This document shows, in pieces, positions 45,437 to 55,449 of a DNA stretch of 64,000 bases. The first letter of the stretch is position 1. Each line of letters opens with the position of its first letter. The stretch is from a virus. Made by a program: the position numbers and the translations under genes. Where the stretch lies: positions 24,064 through 88,063 of IMG/VR virus record IMGVR_UViG_3300006028_000002; one strand, 5' to 3'. The notes beneath the pieces are model-generated. The model worked only from the letters and a program-made list of their open reading frames with translations. It ran no database searches and had not been told where the DNA came from.

Positions 45437-45642
45437 TAGGGTGTCACCTCCCTCTCTGGGAGTCTGAGTGTGCCGTTGGGATTCCAGTCAGCCGGCAACC
45501 GGTGACCATAACCCGCGTAAACCGCGCGCATATAGATGGCGAGGCGTTGCTCCTGGGTGCGGGCCACTGAGATCGCGTACATAAGGTCAGACAACGTACG
45601 GATCACCGGTACCTCGGCCAACTCGTCATCATCGTCAAACAA
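45436..45642 (-). CDS. Hypothetical protein
   Basis: LPADWNPNGTLR; TAATG overlap. Confidence 0.55.
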   Translation of the reverse strand: MFDDDDELAEVPVIRTLSDLMYAISVARTQEQRLAIYMRAVYAGYGHRLPADWNPNGTLRLPEREVTP

Positions 45643-45665
45643 CGCGCACCCCTTTGCGGATGGGC

Positions 45666-45711
45666 ATCGGGAAGGCGCGCCGGAGGTCGGGGTCCGGCGC
45701 GCCTTCCCGAT
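45666..45711. other. Perfect 19-bp inverted repeat with 8-bp spacer after capsid gene
   Basis: ATCGGGAAGGCGCGCCGGA-GGTCGGGG-TCCGGCGCGCCTTCCCGAT. Confidence 0.8.
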
Positions 45712-45804
45712 CGATCATGCCGGTAGGGAACCTACAGCGGCCACGATAACTATTAAGATCACGCTAGCAGTAACACCATGATCAGTGATCATGTCTCTGA
45801 CCTG

Positions 45805-47226
45805 TCAGAACGTCGGCGTTGTGAGTCCGGTGCCGCCGATCTTTGACATAGCGTTACTGTACCGCGACATGGTATAAGCGAAGTAACCATAGAGCACCAA
45901 CAGAATGCCGAGATTAGCCGCAGCTGGCTGTTCACACCTGAGAAAAACGGGCGCAGAAGGATCTTCCCATAGGTGACACTCATCCGTGGCTACAATATAC
46001 ATTTCATCCTGATTAGAGTTCGTCGTCGTCAGAATGTTATTGTCCACGACTGCCGCCATGCCATTAGGCATCATTCCGCGATATCCACGGCCATAGATGA
46101 CGCCATAGTTCTCGCCACCATGATTCTCGCCGATGCCAGGCTGGCCGAATAGCGGCCACTGCGCGGAGAGCTGACTCTGCAACCAATACCAACGCCGCGA
46201 GTGCATCAGCACCACATCTGGCCGGGCAAAGCCCAGCAATGCGGCTTCCGAGTTGGCCGCACCCTGCAAAACTTTGGGCCATACCTCAGTACCACTCGGT
46301 GAGGCATCGGTGTAGGTAATGGCCTGCGCCACCGCTGACAACCCGGTCACAGACTGCGTGATGAGCGTCGAGTCCAACACACTGGCATAACGGCGGAAAA
46401 GGTCGTCCATCACGACTTCCTCAATACCGGTGCCACGTTCCGCTGCCTGCCGGCTGATGGTCTGCTGACCCGCTGCTGTCTGAATGTTGATAGTCAACAG
46501 CGTGTCGTCCATGTCCGTATTGGACACTGCGTCAGCCTCATTGGCTTGCAACGCTGCCGAGGATGCGGTGGTAATCCGGGAAATGTTGACCGTCATTCCC
46601 GACTCGGGTAGGTCGTGCTTATTACACACATCCGCGAATGGCCTCATGCCCGCGATGGCCGGTGCATAAAGATCAGTCAAATACTGTGGCACGACTAGTC
46701 CGGTGAATGCGCCAGTCCCTACCGCGCGTTGCAACTGCGCGCCGGATCGCTCTACCTGCTCCTCATGCATGTGCTGGGAGAGACGCATGCTGGCCTGGTT
46801 GTCGTTAAACAAATGCTGGCGGATGACATCCTGGAGGAAAAATGCGCCCTTACGGTCCCAGCCCTTGTGATAAGTTCTCTCCTCGCGGCCTACCCGGGCG
46901 ACCTCATCGTATTTGGGTTTGGGTGCCCCGGTCGGCGTTACCTGACGAGTGACCTCATCGTTAGCGATCTCCTCGGCCCGCAGCTTTTTCACATTGGCAA
47001 GTCGCTGGTTAATGCCATCGATATCAGTCAGTGCCGCATCCCGGGCCAGGAACAACTCATCGACCCGGCTCTGCTCATCAGCAGTCAGATTCGGGCGGCC
47101 CTCAGAGCGAGCCTGATTGAGGATTCCCTGGATCTCCAGCTTCATCTTGGTGCGGCGCTTTTTGGCGCTCTCCAGCTCCAGCTCGGTGCCGGCTTCCAAT
47201 TCATCTATGGTGACAGTCCGCGTCAT
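45805..47226 (-). CDS. HK97-fold major capsid protein with N-terminal delta domain
   Basis: Coiled-coil N-terminus; QR-AVGTGAFTGLVVPQYL; RPFAD; MHSRRW. Confidence 0.9.
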   Translation of the reverse strand: MTRTVTIDELEAGTELELESAKKRRTKMKLEIQGILNQARSEGRPNLTADEQSRVDELFLARDAALTDIDGINQRLANVKKLRAEEIANDEVTRQVTPTGAPKPKYDEVARVGREERTYHKGWDRKGAFFLQDVIRQHLFNDNQASMRLSQHMHEEQVERSGAQLQRAVGTGAFTGLVVPQYLTDLYAPAIAGMRPFADVCNKHDLPESGMTVNISRITTASSAALQANEADAVSNTDMDDTLLTINIQTAAGQQTISRQAAERGTGIEEVVMDDLFRRYASVLDSTLITQSVTGLSAVAQAITYTDASPSGTEVWPKVLQGAANSEAALLGFARPDVVLMHSRRWYWLQSQLSAQWPLFGQPGIGENHGGENYGVIYGRGYRGMMPNGMAAVVDNNILTTTNSNQDEMYIVATDECHLWEDPSAPVFLRCEQPAAANLGILLVLYGYFAYTMSRYSNAMSKIGGTGLTTPTF

Positions 47227-47354
47227 ACCGGCGGCCATCCTTTCGCTTACTCGGTGGACCGCCGGAGATGGCGGATTGAGGATCGCAATACAGCGGCAGC
47301 CGCTGCGGGCAAGAAAGGGCCACACACTGTGGCCGATAAATCAAAAGCGTCTAG

Positions 47355-48269
47355 TTAGTCTTCGGCAGCCAGCAGCGCAGCATGCACCAGGCCGATCGAG
47401 CGACCCATCCGCACCGGCTCGACGTCCACCGGGGCCCCGTTGCTGCGTACCGCGTTGGTCTGCTCCAACGGCCGGAAACGCCGGTCCAGAGCGCGCCACG
47501 CGGATCGAGCGGCGGCCTCCGGCCAGTCATCAACCTGATCGATCATCCGGCGGGCGCGCTCCCCGATGTGCGTCCGCGGGTTGGCCCCGAAATTGACCGC
47601 CGAAACGTCGCCGGCATGCAGGTCCAGCTCCATCAAGGTGAACTCGCTGAAATCAGCCGACCATTGGCCGTCCACCAGCATGGCGGCGAAAGACATCTGA
47701 TCTACGCACCCGTCACGGATACCGGTGATCAGGTTTCGGACGTCGGTGCGCTCCGGGTTGAGCCACGCCTCGGCCGTCAAGCCCTCCGGGCCACTGGACA
47801 GCGACAGGGAGCCGGCCCTGGTCCTCGCCATCGTCAAACCTTCATGATTGACCAAAAACGCTACATCAGGTTGACGCTGAAGGGACGCGCTGAAAGCGTC
47901 GCGAGAAACCCGCTCCGTGTAGGGACCGTAAAAATCCCACATCTCATAGGGCGTTTCGGTGACACTCGCCACGCCGGACAGATGAATCCATTCAGCGTTA
48001 AGATCTGGAGAATCCCCCGCTGCGGCACGCTCCCAGAATTGTTTGCCCCCGCAGGCGCAGATCACCGAATCCTCGCTGCACGAGCACGCGCGCTTGGCGA
48101 GAAACTCTTTTTTGGCGGTCATCGCACTGCGGAATGTGAGAACCCGCGGTGTGTCCACGTCCACCGGCATGCGGCGCCGAGCCCGGCTGATGTCCGCACT
48201 ACCGGTCCCGTTCATCAGAGCGTCCCGGCGGGCCAGTGCTGCGCTCTCCCGGGAAATCGTCGTATCCAT
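47355..48269 (-). CDS. HK97-family prohead protease
   Basis: FLVNHEG, QMSFA, DVSAVNFGANP; RBS agggag. Confidence 0.9.
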   Translation of the reverse strand: MDTTISRESAALARRDALMNGTGSADISRARRRMPVDVDTPRVLTFRSAMTAKKEFLAKRACSCSEDSVICACGGKQFWERAAAGDSPDLNAEWIHLSGVASVTETPYEMWDFYGPYTERVSRDAFSASLQRQPDVAFLVNHEGLTMARTRAGSLSLSSGPEGLTAEAWLNPERTDVRNLITGIRDGCVDQMSFAAMLVDGQWSADFSEFTLMELDLHAGDVSAVNFGANPRTHIGERARRMIDQVDDWPEAAARSAWRALDRRFRPLEQTNAVRSNGAPVDVEPVRMGRSIGLVHAALLAAED

Positions 48270-48321
48270 AAAAGCTCCCTTTCGAGCGCACGCCAGCCAC
48301 GGTGCCGATAGCAACGATTAA

Positions 48322-48573
48322 CTATGAGCTTGCTGATCCGCTGGACGCGGCAGACGGTGTGGATGGCGCGTCATCATCGTCACCATCGGGCTCAGTGTCA
48401 TTGTCCGGTGGATTAAGAAACCCGGGGGCACCGAAAAACCCTTTTTCTTTTTCCTTGTCTTTCGCCGCGCATTCAGCGCAACAACCGCACCCCCGGCACA
48501 CGTGCGCACGCCCGGCCGCAGTCATACCTCGCCGGGTCACGCTGCGCATCATCGGTCTACTGGCGCGGCGCAT
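48322..48573 (-). CDS. Arg-leader/acidic-tail family member A
   Basis: MRRASR...HVCR then CGCCAEC and an acidic APSTPS tail. Confidence 0.65.
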   Translation of the reverse strand: MRRASRPMMRSVTRRGMTAAGRAHVCRGCGCCAECAAKDKEKEKGFFGAPGFLNPPDNDTEPDGDDDDAPSTPSAASSGSASS

Positions 48574-48575
48574 GG

Positions 48576-48938
48576 CTATGAGCCCAGCTCATCGAACCAA
48601 TTCATCACGGCGCCCTGGTGCTCCTCCTCGCCGGGCATCTTCTCAGCCTCGCGACCCGCTTCTTTGGCCTCTTTTTCCTCAGTACCGATCAGCTCGGCGG
48701 GTGATTCCGGACCGTCCCCGCCGCCGTCCGGGCCTTTTTCGCTCGGTGTGGTGGGTGCGCCCGAGTCATTCGGTGCGGACGTCTCGGCGTCCTGTACATC
48801 GGCCAACGTGGCGCGGGACACCACACCCGGCGGGAGAACCACCGTATACCGGTGCACCGGGGCCGCTGCCACTCGCGCAGCCTTGGCGGGGGTAAGGCGT
48901 TGCACCGGGACAGTGCCGGCGCGCTGGTGCTTATCCAT
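48576..48938 (-). CDS. Arg-leader/acidic-tail family member B
   Basis: RBS aggag; APVHR; LADVQDA..APNDSGAPTTPS. Confidence 0.7.
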   Translation of the reverse strand: MDKHQRAGTVPVQRLTPAKAARVAAAPVHRYTVVLPPGVVSRATLADVQDAETSAPNDSGAPTTPSEKGPDGGGDGPESPAELIGTEEKEAKEAGREAEKMPGEEEHQGAVMNWFDELGS

Positions 48939-48963
48939 GGTCTCTAACTCCTGGGGGTTGTCT

Positions 48964-49194
48964 TTACTCGTCCGGGATTTCTGCCTCATCGAGGCACGGT
49001 GCGCCGCCCTGCATCTGATTGAGGTCCACCCAGGCCGCGCCGGGGGCATGTCGGGTAGGGGTCATCGGGATACCTGTGCTGTTGGGTGCTGCGTGCGTGG
49101 CATCCTGGAAATCGGCCAACTCGCGATGGACCCGGGAACCGGATACAGCTCTGCGCGCCGGGGCCCCGGTGCTGCGCTGGGTGGGTCGTTTCAT
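48964..49194 (-). CDS. Arg-leader/acidic-tail family member C
   Basis: MKRPTQR...SRVHR; LADFQDA..APNSTGIPMTPT; ATGA overlap. Confidence 0.7.
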   Translation of the reverse strand: MKRPTQRSTGAPARRAVSGSRVHRELADFQDATHAAPNSTGIPMTPTRHAPGAAWVDLNQMQGGAPCLDEAEIPDE

Positions 49195-49724
49195 GACGGA
49201 TTGCCTTTCTTGTCGGGGAAATCCACACCCGGGACGGGTGCCGCATCCGGTGGGAATTTGTGCGGTTCGCCCTCGGTGAGATCGCCCGCGCTCGGGGCCG
49301 CCTCCGGGGGGTGTGTCAACTCGGGTGTCTGCACCTGGGAAGGGGGAACAGGCGCCGCGTCCGGTGGTTCCATGCCCGGAATCCGATAATCCGGTTTCTG
49401 ATCATCTGATTCTTTTTCCACGTATCCGCTGGTGGGATCATCGGGATCCGGTTTCGATCCCTCCGGTATATGCAACGGTGCCGGATTGTCCGCGTCGGTC
49501 CGTTCCTCATCCGCCGAGCTGTCCTCAGTTTTCGGGTGGGTCGACTGGAGAAAAGGATCATCATCAGAGGGTGTGGTGGGCACGTCGTCACTGTTGGCCA
49601 GCGGGGGCGCTTCCACGCCTTGTGCCGCGCGATGCACCGGGGCACCCGGTATAGCTCGAACCACCGGCACCCCGCGCCGGGTCACCCGCCGGGGTACGCG
49701 GCTACGCGTAGTGTGTGGCGCCAT
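49191..49724 (-). CDS. Arg-leader/acidic-tail family member D
   Basis: MAPHTTRSRVPRR...APVHR; VPTTPS; internal PP(D/E)AAP repeats. Confidence 0.7.
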   Translation of the reverse strand: MAPHTTRSRVPRRVTRRGVPVVRAIPGAPVHRAAQGVEAPPLANSDDVPTTPSDDDPFLQSTHPKTEDSSADEERTDADNPAPLHIPEGSKPDPDDPTSGYVEKESDDQKPDYRIPGMEPPDAAPVPPSQVQTPELTHPPEAAPSAGDLTEGEPHKFPPDAAPVPGVDFPDKKGNPS

Positions 49725-50991
49725 TAGTCGCCCCCCGATCTCCCACCGCTGGATGGGTCGGCTTAAACGGTTCGGGCTTATCAGGCGACATATCAGGGGG
49801 TTTCCCCATCGGCATCGGGCCACGGGTCGGCCAGAACCGCTCGAACTCGGCGATCTGCGCATCCGTCATCGGCGGCAGATCTTCCATCAACCGGGCCTCG
49901 GACGGGGCCAGCACCCGGGATTGGATGCGGTGCGCCACCACTTCCGCGCGAGTCGCCGGGTCCATGCGCAACAGCGAGTCGGTGTCGAGACGCACAAACT
50001 GCCTGTTAGGCAACAGTTTGTTGAGCGAGTTCTCTCGGCGCCGGATCGCCGGGCCTAGGCTCATAATAAGTAGTTGCAGGTTGCGTTGCACCACATTGGC
50101 GTACGTCACGCTACTGCCAGAAATAGCCGCGTCAATCAGATCGGCCGGGCAGTCCAAGAATCGGGCGATCTCGGCCAGCCCGATGCTGCGCGCCTCCAGC
50201 CATTCCATGCCGGTCTGTTCGGCCTGGATGAGTTTGTATTCCCAGTCTTTACCGGTGACCAGCACATCGCCGGAGCGAATGCTTTCCTTAGCGCGGGCCT
50301 TGATTTCCTCGGCCTGTAAATTGGTCAGAGTCGGCAGCACCGTATTCTGCATATGGCCCCGCGGAATGCCACCACTCGTAAACCAGGAAATGGCGAAATC
50401 CTGTATAGAGAGGTGTTCCCCGATGCACCATGCCGCGTACATCAAGGGGGACAGACCTAAATGAAAACCGGGCACCGTGTATTGCTTCTCATGCCAGATC
50501 TGATCCGGTCGGTATGATTTACCACGGATCATGTATTCCACAAGTACGTTATCGATGACGTTGACGCTCACCCAGGCCAGAGGCACCAGCTCAATCTCAG
50601 CAGGCAGGCCATAACCATTGCGCTGGGTGATGATCCCTATCGTGTTCCCCGCGCGGTCCAGGTCGAATTGCGTTCCCCACATAAACTCCAGATAGTCGAC
50701 CTCCTGGCCGCCCGGGTTGAGGATCACCGGGGGTGTCTCCACCTTGACGTGGGGCAAACCGTATTGCGCGCGGCGGAACACATCCACCGGCATCGTACTG
50801 ATCAGGTTAGCGCGCAGCCGCAAACACGCCCACACCGCCGAATGCCGTAGCGCGGATTCTGAGTTAATCATGTGGCCGGGGGCGATCTGCATACCCAGCC
50901 GATGCGGTATCACGTCACTGGCAGAAGCACCAGGAAACTCGCCCCAGTACGGTCCCTCGATGTTCGCGGTGCGTTTGAAAAACAGGCCCAC
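49702..50991 (-). CDS. HK97-family portal protein
   Basis: ALRHSAVWACLRL, GLSPL, EIARFLDCP, SEARLMEDLPP. Confidence 0.92.
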   Translation of the reverse strand: MGLFFKRTANIEGPYWGEFPGASASDVIPHRLGMQIAPGHMINSESALRHSAVWACLRLRANLISTMPVDVFRRAQYGLPHVKVETPPVILNPGGQEVDYLEFMWGTQFDLDRAGNTIGIITQRNGYGLPAEIELVPLAWVSVNVIDNVLVEYMIRGKSYRPDQIWHEKQYTVPGFHLGLSPLMYAAWCIGEHLSIQDFAISWFTSGGIPRGHMQNTVLPTLTNLQAEEIKARAKESIRSGDVLVTGKDWEYKLIQAEQTGMEWLEARSIGLAEIARFLDCPADLIDAAISGSSVTYANVVQRNLQLLIMSLGPAIRRRENSLNKLLPNRQFVRLDTDSLLRMDPATRAEVVAHRIQSRVLAPSEARLMEDLPPMTDAQIAEFERFWPTRGPMPMGKPPDMSPDKPEPFKPTHPAVGDRGATNGATHYA

Positions 50992-51016
50992 AATTCCCGC
51001 CTGCCTTTCCAGTTAG

Positions 51017-51373
51017 CTACTCTTTGGCCAGCCAGGCGAATCGCCACCACGTGCGCACGATCACCGAGGGCACCTGCGGGATGTCTTTCGATCGAGTAAC
51101 CGGTGGTCGGCCCGGTGGCGCGGGTTGTGTCGCGCCAGCGCGTCCACCGAGCCAGTCCCCGAGCCAGCCGGCGGCCAGCAGCACCGCCCCGGCCATCACC
51201 AGAAACCCGGGCCAGCGCACCAGCTCAAATGCGGCGATCCCGAGCCCGGCGGCGATCGCCACCACCGCGGCCAGCTCCAGACACAGGATCACGATCTCGT
51301 GCACCAGGGGGGACAGCGTTGGCCGACCCTGGGTGGTGCGGCCCGGATGCAGGTCAGTGACAGCCGTGGTCAA
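51017..51373 (-). CDS. 2-TM membrane protein between terminase and portal
   Basis: Hydrophobic pair; typical position. Confidence 0.65.
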   Translation of the reverse strand: MTTAVTDLHPGRTTQGRPTLSPLVHEIVILCLELAAVVAIAAGLGIAAFELVRWPGFLVMAGAVLLAAGWLGDWLGGRAGATQPAPPGRPPVTRSKDIPQVPSVIVRTWWRFAWLAKE

Positions 51374-52866
51374 TGCACACTCTCCAGCACGTTGTAAGTG
51401 GGTGCGGCGTAACGCACCAGGCCGTACAGCGCCTCAGCAACTACCGTGACCGGGGTGATGTCCGCTGCGCTGACCATGCGACCGAACGCCCAGCCACCGT
51501 CGCCCACATTGCGCTTACGCGCCGCCCTGATTGCCGAGGTGACGCATTCCTGGCCGAGGTGGCGTAGTTGATCCCGGGTCGACACCGCTTTGAGCAGATG
51601 CCCGCACGCCTGGCTCAACTCAGCGCCTTTGATCGGGGTGATGCCGGGATCCCCGGTGGGGGTGACCCCGATGCCGGCTTTGATCAGTGCGGGCAGTAGC
51701 GCGCCGGCCGGTCCGGAGGTGTCCACCATCCAGAGGGTGGGGCCCCACACCGCGTCCAGTTCTTTCGCGCGGGACACCATCCAGTCGATGCCCCGGCGGT
51801 GATCCAGCTGCCCGTCTTTGTTGGTGATCTCCACATGAGGGATCCGGTCGGCGCGATAGCCGGCGACCCCGATGGCCCCGCTGGTCAGTCCCTCGGCCAC
51901 GTCCAACGCGAACACGAGCCCGCCGCGGGGTTGGCTGTCCGGATCCACCAGGGACAGCCAGGCGCCCAGGTGGATGATCGCCATGCCGCCCGGGTCATCC
52001 CAGGCGCAGAGCACCTCGCGGTCAAACTCGGCGGCATCCATGCTGCGCAGTGCGCGGCGCATCGTGTTGAAAGTGACTCGATCGCCCAATGCGGGGTTGG
52101 CCTGCGCCCAGGCTATGGGCATCTGCCGCACGTAATCGGGTGCGTCGTGGAAAGCGTCATCTACTGACCACTCATAGTAGGCCAGTTCCGGCTCTTGATT
52201 GATGCCGCGCATCCGAACCTGACGCAGTGCGGTGGAATTCGCCATGCCCGCCATCGACACGTACCATATCTGCCAATTACTGCGGGCAAACATAATAGGC
52301 ATCATGGCGCCGACCATTTCATTGGTAAGCGCGAAAGCCTCATCGAAAAATATGATGTCATATCCGGCCCAACCACGGGCCGCAGAGGATGTGCGAGCAA
52401 CAAAATCTATTCGAGCGCCGTTTTTGAGGCTGATGCTCTGTTCCTCATTGCTCATGCGGATCTGTTTAACCTCTTGATCGAGGCCCGGCACCGACTCGAT
52501 GCGCCACTGGATGCGCTCGCGGATCTTGCGGCTGGTGGCCATGAGGTGCGAGGTGTAGACCATTTTGTACTGCCGTAGAAACAGCCCGTTGAGGGTGGCG
52601 ATCTCCACACAGGCGCCTTTGCCGCTCTGTCTGCCCACCACCAGACCGACCTCGGGGGCCGTCCAGTTGCCTTGCTCATCCATACCCAGTGCACCGTCCA
52701 GCACCCGGCGCTGCCACGGGTCGGCAATCAATCCGGAGAGCTCGGCCAGCTCACAGGCTTCCGGGCCGGATGTCTTGAGGTAGGGGGGCACCAGTTCAAT
52801 TCGCGGTGCCTGGTCACCCCGCAGATTCGCCCATCTGTCGGCGCCTGCGCTCGCGGAGTTCATCAA
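51370..52866 (-). CDS. terL: Terminase large subunit
   Basis: DPWQ, GRQSGKG Walker A, FFDEAF Walker B, WAQANPALG, FALDV nuclease. Confidence 0.93.
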   Translation of the reverse strand: MMNSASAGADRWANLRGDQAPRIELVPPYLKTSGPEACELAELSGLIADPWQRRVLDGALGMDEQGNWTAPEVGLVVGRQSGKGACVEIATLNGLFLRQYKMVYTSHLMATSRKIRERIQWRIESVPGLDQEVKQIRMSNEEQSISLKNGARIDFVARTSSAARGWAGYDIIFFDEAFALTNEMVGAMMPIMFARSNWQIWYVSMAGMANSTALRQVRMRGINQEPELAYYEWSVDDAFHDAPDYVRQMPIAWAQANPALGDRVTFNTMRRALRSMDAAEFDREVLCAWDDPGGMAIIHLGAWLSLVDPDSQPRGGLVFALDVAEGLTSGAIGVAGYRADRIPHVEITNKDGQLDHRRGIDWMVSRAKELDAVWGPTLWMVDTSGPAGALLPALIKAGIGVTPTGDPGITPIKGAELSQACGHLLKAVSTRDQLRHLGQECVTSAIRAARKRNVGDGGWAFGRMVSAADITPVTVVAEALYGLVRYAAPTYNVLESVH

Positions 52867-53107
52867 GTGGACTCCGTTCCGGCATGACGTCCGGTGCCGG
52901 CGGCATCCTCAGCCGTTCCCAGCGGTCGGTGAGCTTGCGCAGATCGGCCAGCGCAAGGCGTACCTGGGACGCGGCCGGGTTATGACCCTCATCGAACCGC
53001 TGGGCGCAGCGCCGGCCCATCTCGATGAGACCGCACGCACTGTTGCGCACATCCGGGGGGAGCTGGGCTACCTCGCGCTCGAAAGCATCTGCCAGACTAT
53101 CGTCCAT
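52814..53107 (-). CDS. terS: Terminase small subunit
   Basis: Position; SPLDELRERRRR C-terminus; RBS aggag. Confidence 0.7.
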   Translation of the reverse strand: MDDSLADAFEREVAQLPPDVRNSACGLIEMGRRCAQRFDEGHNPAASQVRLALADLRKLTDRWERLRMPPAPDVMPERSPLDELRERRRRQMGESAG

Positions 53108-53147
53108 GATCCCGTCACTCCTGTTGCATATTCCCGGCCTCACCGCC

Positions 53148-53333
53148 ATGCAACGCCCGCCGCAACACGTCTGCCACCCGCCCGAGAAAGGTAGCGAGGG
53201 GGAACTGTGGCGATGTTTCTGCGGATATCGCTGGCGTTGCGCGCGACCCAATTCATGGACCACCAACCGCGGCGCTGTTGTGTTTCCCGCAGAATGGCGC
53301 AGGTATCGTTGGCCTTGGCCTAGACTTCCCTGA
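53148..53333 (+). CDS. Small Cys/Trp-rich protein (antisense)
   Basis: HVCHPP...GELWRCFCGYRW. Confidence 0.5.
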   Translation: MQRPPQHVCHPPEKGSEGELWRCFCGYRWRCARPNSWTTNRGAVVFPAEWRRYRWPWPRLP

Positions 53334-53356
53334 CTTTATAAACGGTTTACCCTAGT

Positions 53357-53788
53357 TTACGTATCTTTTGCCAACTTGGCGATCAGTTCATCCTGCGCAA
53401 ACAAATGTGCCTGAAGTTGCAAAGACTCGTGCAACAATGCTTCTGCATCATTAAACGTATCTAAAGCTCGCTTATCCGCTGCCGATGCCTGAACGGACTG
53501 ACCCACCAAAATGATTGACAGCAGGACCAATTGCAGGAAAGTCTGAGCGATCCACTGCACGATACCGAGCACACCCTGATGAATAGCCCCCGGTAAACCC
53601 ACCAACGCAATGGCACCGAACAGATACGCGCAGGTCATGGAGCCCACGAAACCTGTAATCTTCACCGCCAACCGAGCATTACACCTCGCATAAGCGGTAG
53701 AGGTGTCGTACTGGTCATTTACCCGCGCCGGGTCTCGGTGCCGGCGTCGAGCGCGCTGCGGGTGCGGCGTGTAGGTAAAGAGACTCAT
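53357..53788 (-). CDS. Membrane protein (DUF1003-like)
   Basis: NARLAVKITGFVGSMTCAYLF...QTFLQLVLLSIILVGQ. Confidence 0.75.
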   Translation of the reverse strand: MSLFTYTPHPQRARRRHRDPARVNDQYDTSTAYARCNARLAVKITGFVGSMTCAYLFGAIALVGLPGAIHQGVLGIVQWIAQTFLQLVLLSIILVGQSVQASAADKRALDTFNDAEALLHESLQLQAHLFAQDELIAKLAKDT

Positions 53789-53823
53789 CCGTATCCTGTC
53801 CCCCGGGCGCTCGTTAACGCTCC

Positions 53824-55218
53824 ATGAGATTCCCCCGCGAGCACGCTGATTATCACCCCGACATCATTGGACCGCTGCGCGTCATCGAGTTTTCCCGGCT
53901 CGGTGATGAAGTCTATCTCGACTACACGGGCGCCGCACTCTATCCGGAGTCACTGGTCATGGATCACTTGTGGGATCTGCGCGGTAACGTATATGGCAAT
54001 CCGCATTCCGACTCACCGGCCAGCCAACGCGCTACCGAGATAATGTCCACGGCACGCGCTGCGGTACTGCGATTCTTTAACGCCGACCCCGATGAATACA
54101 CCGTGGTATTCACCGCGAATGCCACAGCGGCCATGCAACTGGTGGGCTTATCATATCCGTTCCAGCCAGACAGTCTGTTTCTCTACACCGCCGATGTACA
54201 CAATTCGGCGCTCGGGTTGCGGGAACTAGCTCGGGACATCAAATGCACGGTAGGTTACCTGCCGCTGCAATCGGATCTGCGGGTCTCCGATACCGAGGCG
54301 ATGCTGACCCTCAACTCCCATGCGGGTGGGCTGTTCACATACCCGGCGCAATGCAATTTCAGCGGAGTACACCATCCCCTGTCGTGGATCAACGCGGCAC
54401 ACAATCTGGGCTGGCGGGTGCTGCTGGACGCTGCTGCGTTCGTGCCCACCAACCCGCTGGATCTGCGCAGGTTCCCGGCTGATTACGTCGCGGTCAGCTT
54501 TTATAAGATCTTCGGTTATCCCAGCGGCATCGGGGCTCTGATCGCTCGTCGCGAGGCGCTGGAGGAGTTGCAGCAACCCTGGCACGCCGGGGGCAGCACC
54601 CGGGCCGCCTCGGTGGCCGGCGACTGGTACCACCTGGCCGCTGGAGCGGACGCGTTCGAGCACGGCACCGTCAACTATCTGGCCGCCGCCGCCGTCACGC
54701 GAGGGCTGGAGTACATCAGCGCACTCGGGCTGGCCCAGATCCATGACCGGGTGCAGCTGTTGACCGGCTGGACGCTGGCTGAGCTGGCGAACCTGCATCA
54801 CAAGGGGGGCGAGCCCCTCATCCGGCTCTACGGTCCGCTCGGGATCGAGCAACGCGGGGCTGCCATCACTTTTAATCTGCTCGATCCCTCCGGCGCACCG
54901 GTTGACGAGCGGATCGTGGCAGCCCGGGCGCGCGAGCAGCACATCTCGCTGCGCACTGGATGCTTCTGTGCGCCCGGTGCCGCCGAGACGGCGTTTGCGC
55001 TCGATCCGGCCGATCTGGTGGCCGCGGGGGAGCTGCCGGCGGACGCGCCCATGGACGCCTATCTGGACACCCTGGGCATGCCCACCGGGGGCGCCATCCG
55101 GATCAGCTACGGGCTGGCCAGCAACGCCGCAGACGCCGAGCGTTTTCTGGAGTTCGCAGCCACGTTCGCCGATGCGCGGCCAAGCGAGGACAACCTACCG
55201 GCCCGAGTACATTGCTAA
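53824..55218 (+). CDS. Class V PLP enzyme, molybdenum cofactor sulfurase-like (NifS-like domain only)
   Basis: YLDYTGA, GNPHS, FTANAT, HNS, DAAAF, SFYKIFGYP (PLP Lys), LRTGCFC. Confidence 0.9.
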   Translation: MRFPREHADYHPDIIGPLRVIEFSRLGDEVYLDYTGAALYPESLVMDHLWDLRGNVYGNPHSDSPASQRATEIMSTARAAVLRFFNADPDEYTVVFTANATAAMQLVGLSYPFQPDSLFLYTADVHNSALGLRELARDIKCTVGYLPLQSDLRVSDTEAMLTLNSHAGGLFTYPAQCNFSGVHHPLSWINAAHNLGWRVLLDAAAFVPTNPLDLRRFPADYVAVSFYKIFGYPSGIGALIARREALEELQQPWHAGGSTRAASVAGDWYHLAAGADAFEHGTVNYLAAAAVTRGLEYISALGLAQIHDRVQLLTGWTLAELANLHHKGGEPLIRLYGPLGIEQRGAAITFNLLDPSGAPVDERIVAARAREQHISLRTGCFCAPGAAETAFALDPADLVAAGELPADAPMDAYLDTLGMPTGGAIRISYGLASNAADAERFLEFAATFADARPSEDNLPARVHC

Positions 55219-55296
55219 GTCGTGTCGCTCGGGTGGGGCTTCCTGGTGGCCGGTGGCCTGACCACGCTGGTGCTCGTGCTGCGGTGCTGGTGAGAT

Positions 55297-55449
55297 CTAG
55301 CGGGTGCACACCACCGTGTAGCCGGCATCGTTGAGCACCCGCAACACATGCCAGGCCAGATCCGCGCTGATGCCATGTGTCAACGTATTTTTGCTAACGC
55401 CCTCGGTCAGCGCGCGAACCACGTCATCTGAGTCGGCGGCTTTCGTCAT
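55297..55449 (-). CDS. Hypothetical protein (50 aa)
   Basis: ATGA overlap; ...VLNDAGYTVV. Confidence 0.5.
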   Translation of the reverse strand: MTKAADSDDVVRALTEGVSKNTLTHGISADLAWHVLRVLNDAGYTVVCTR

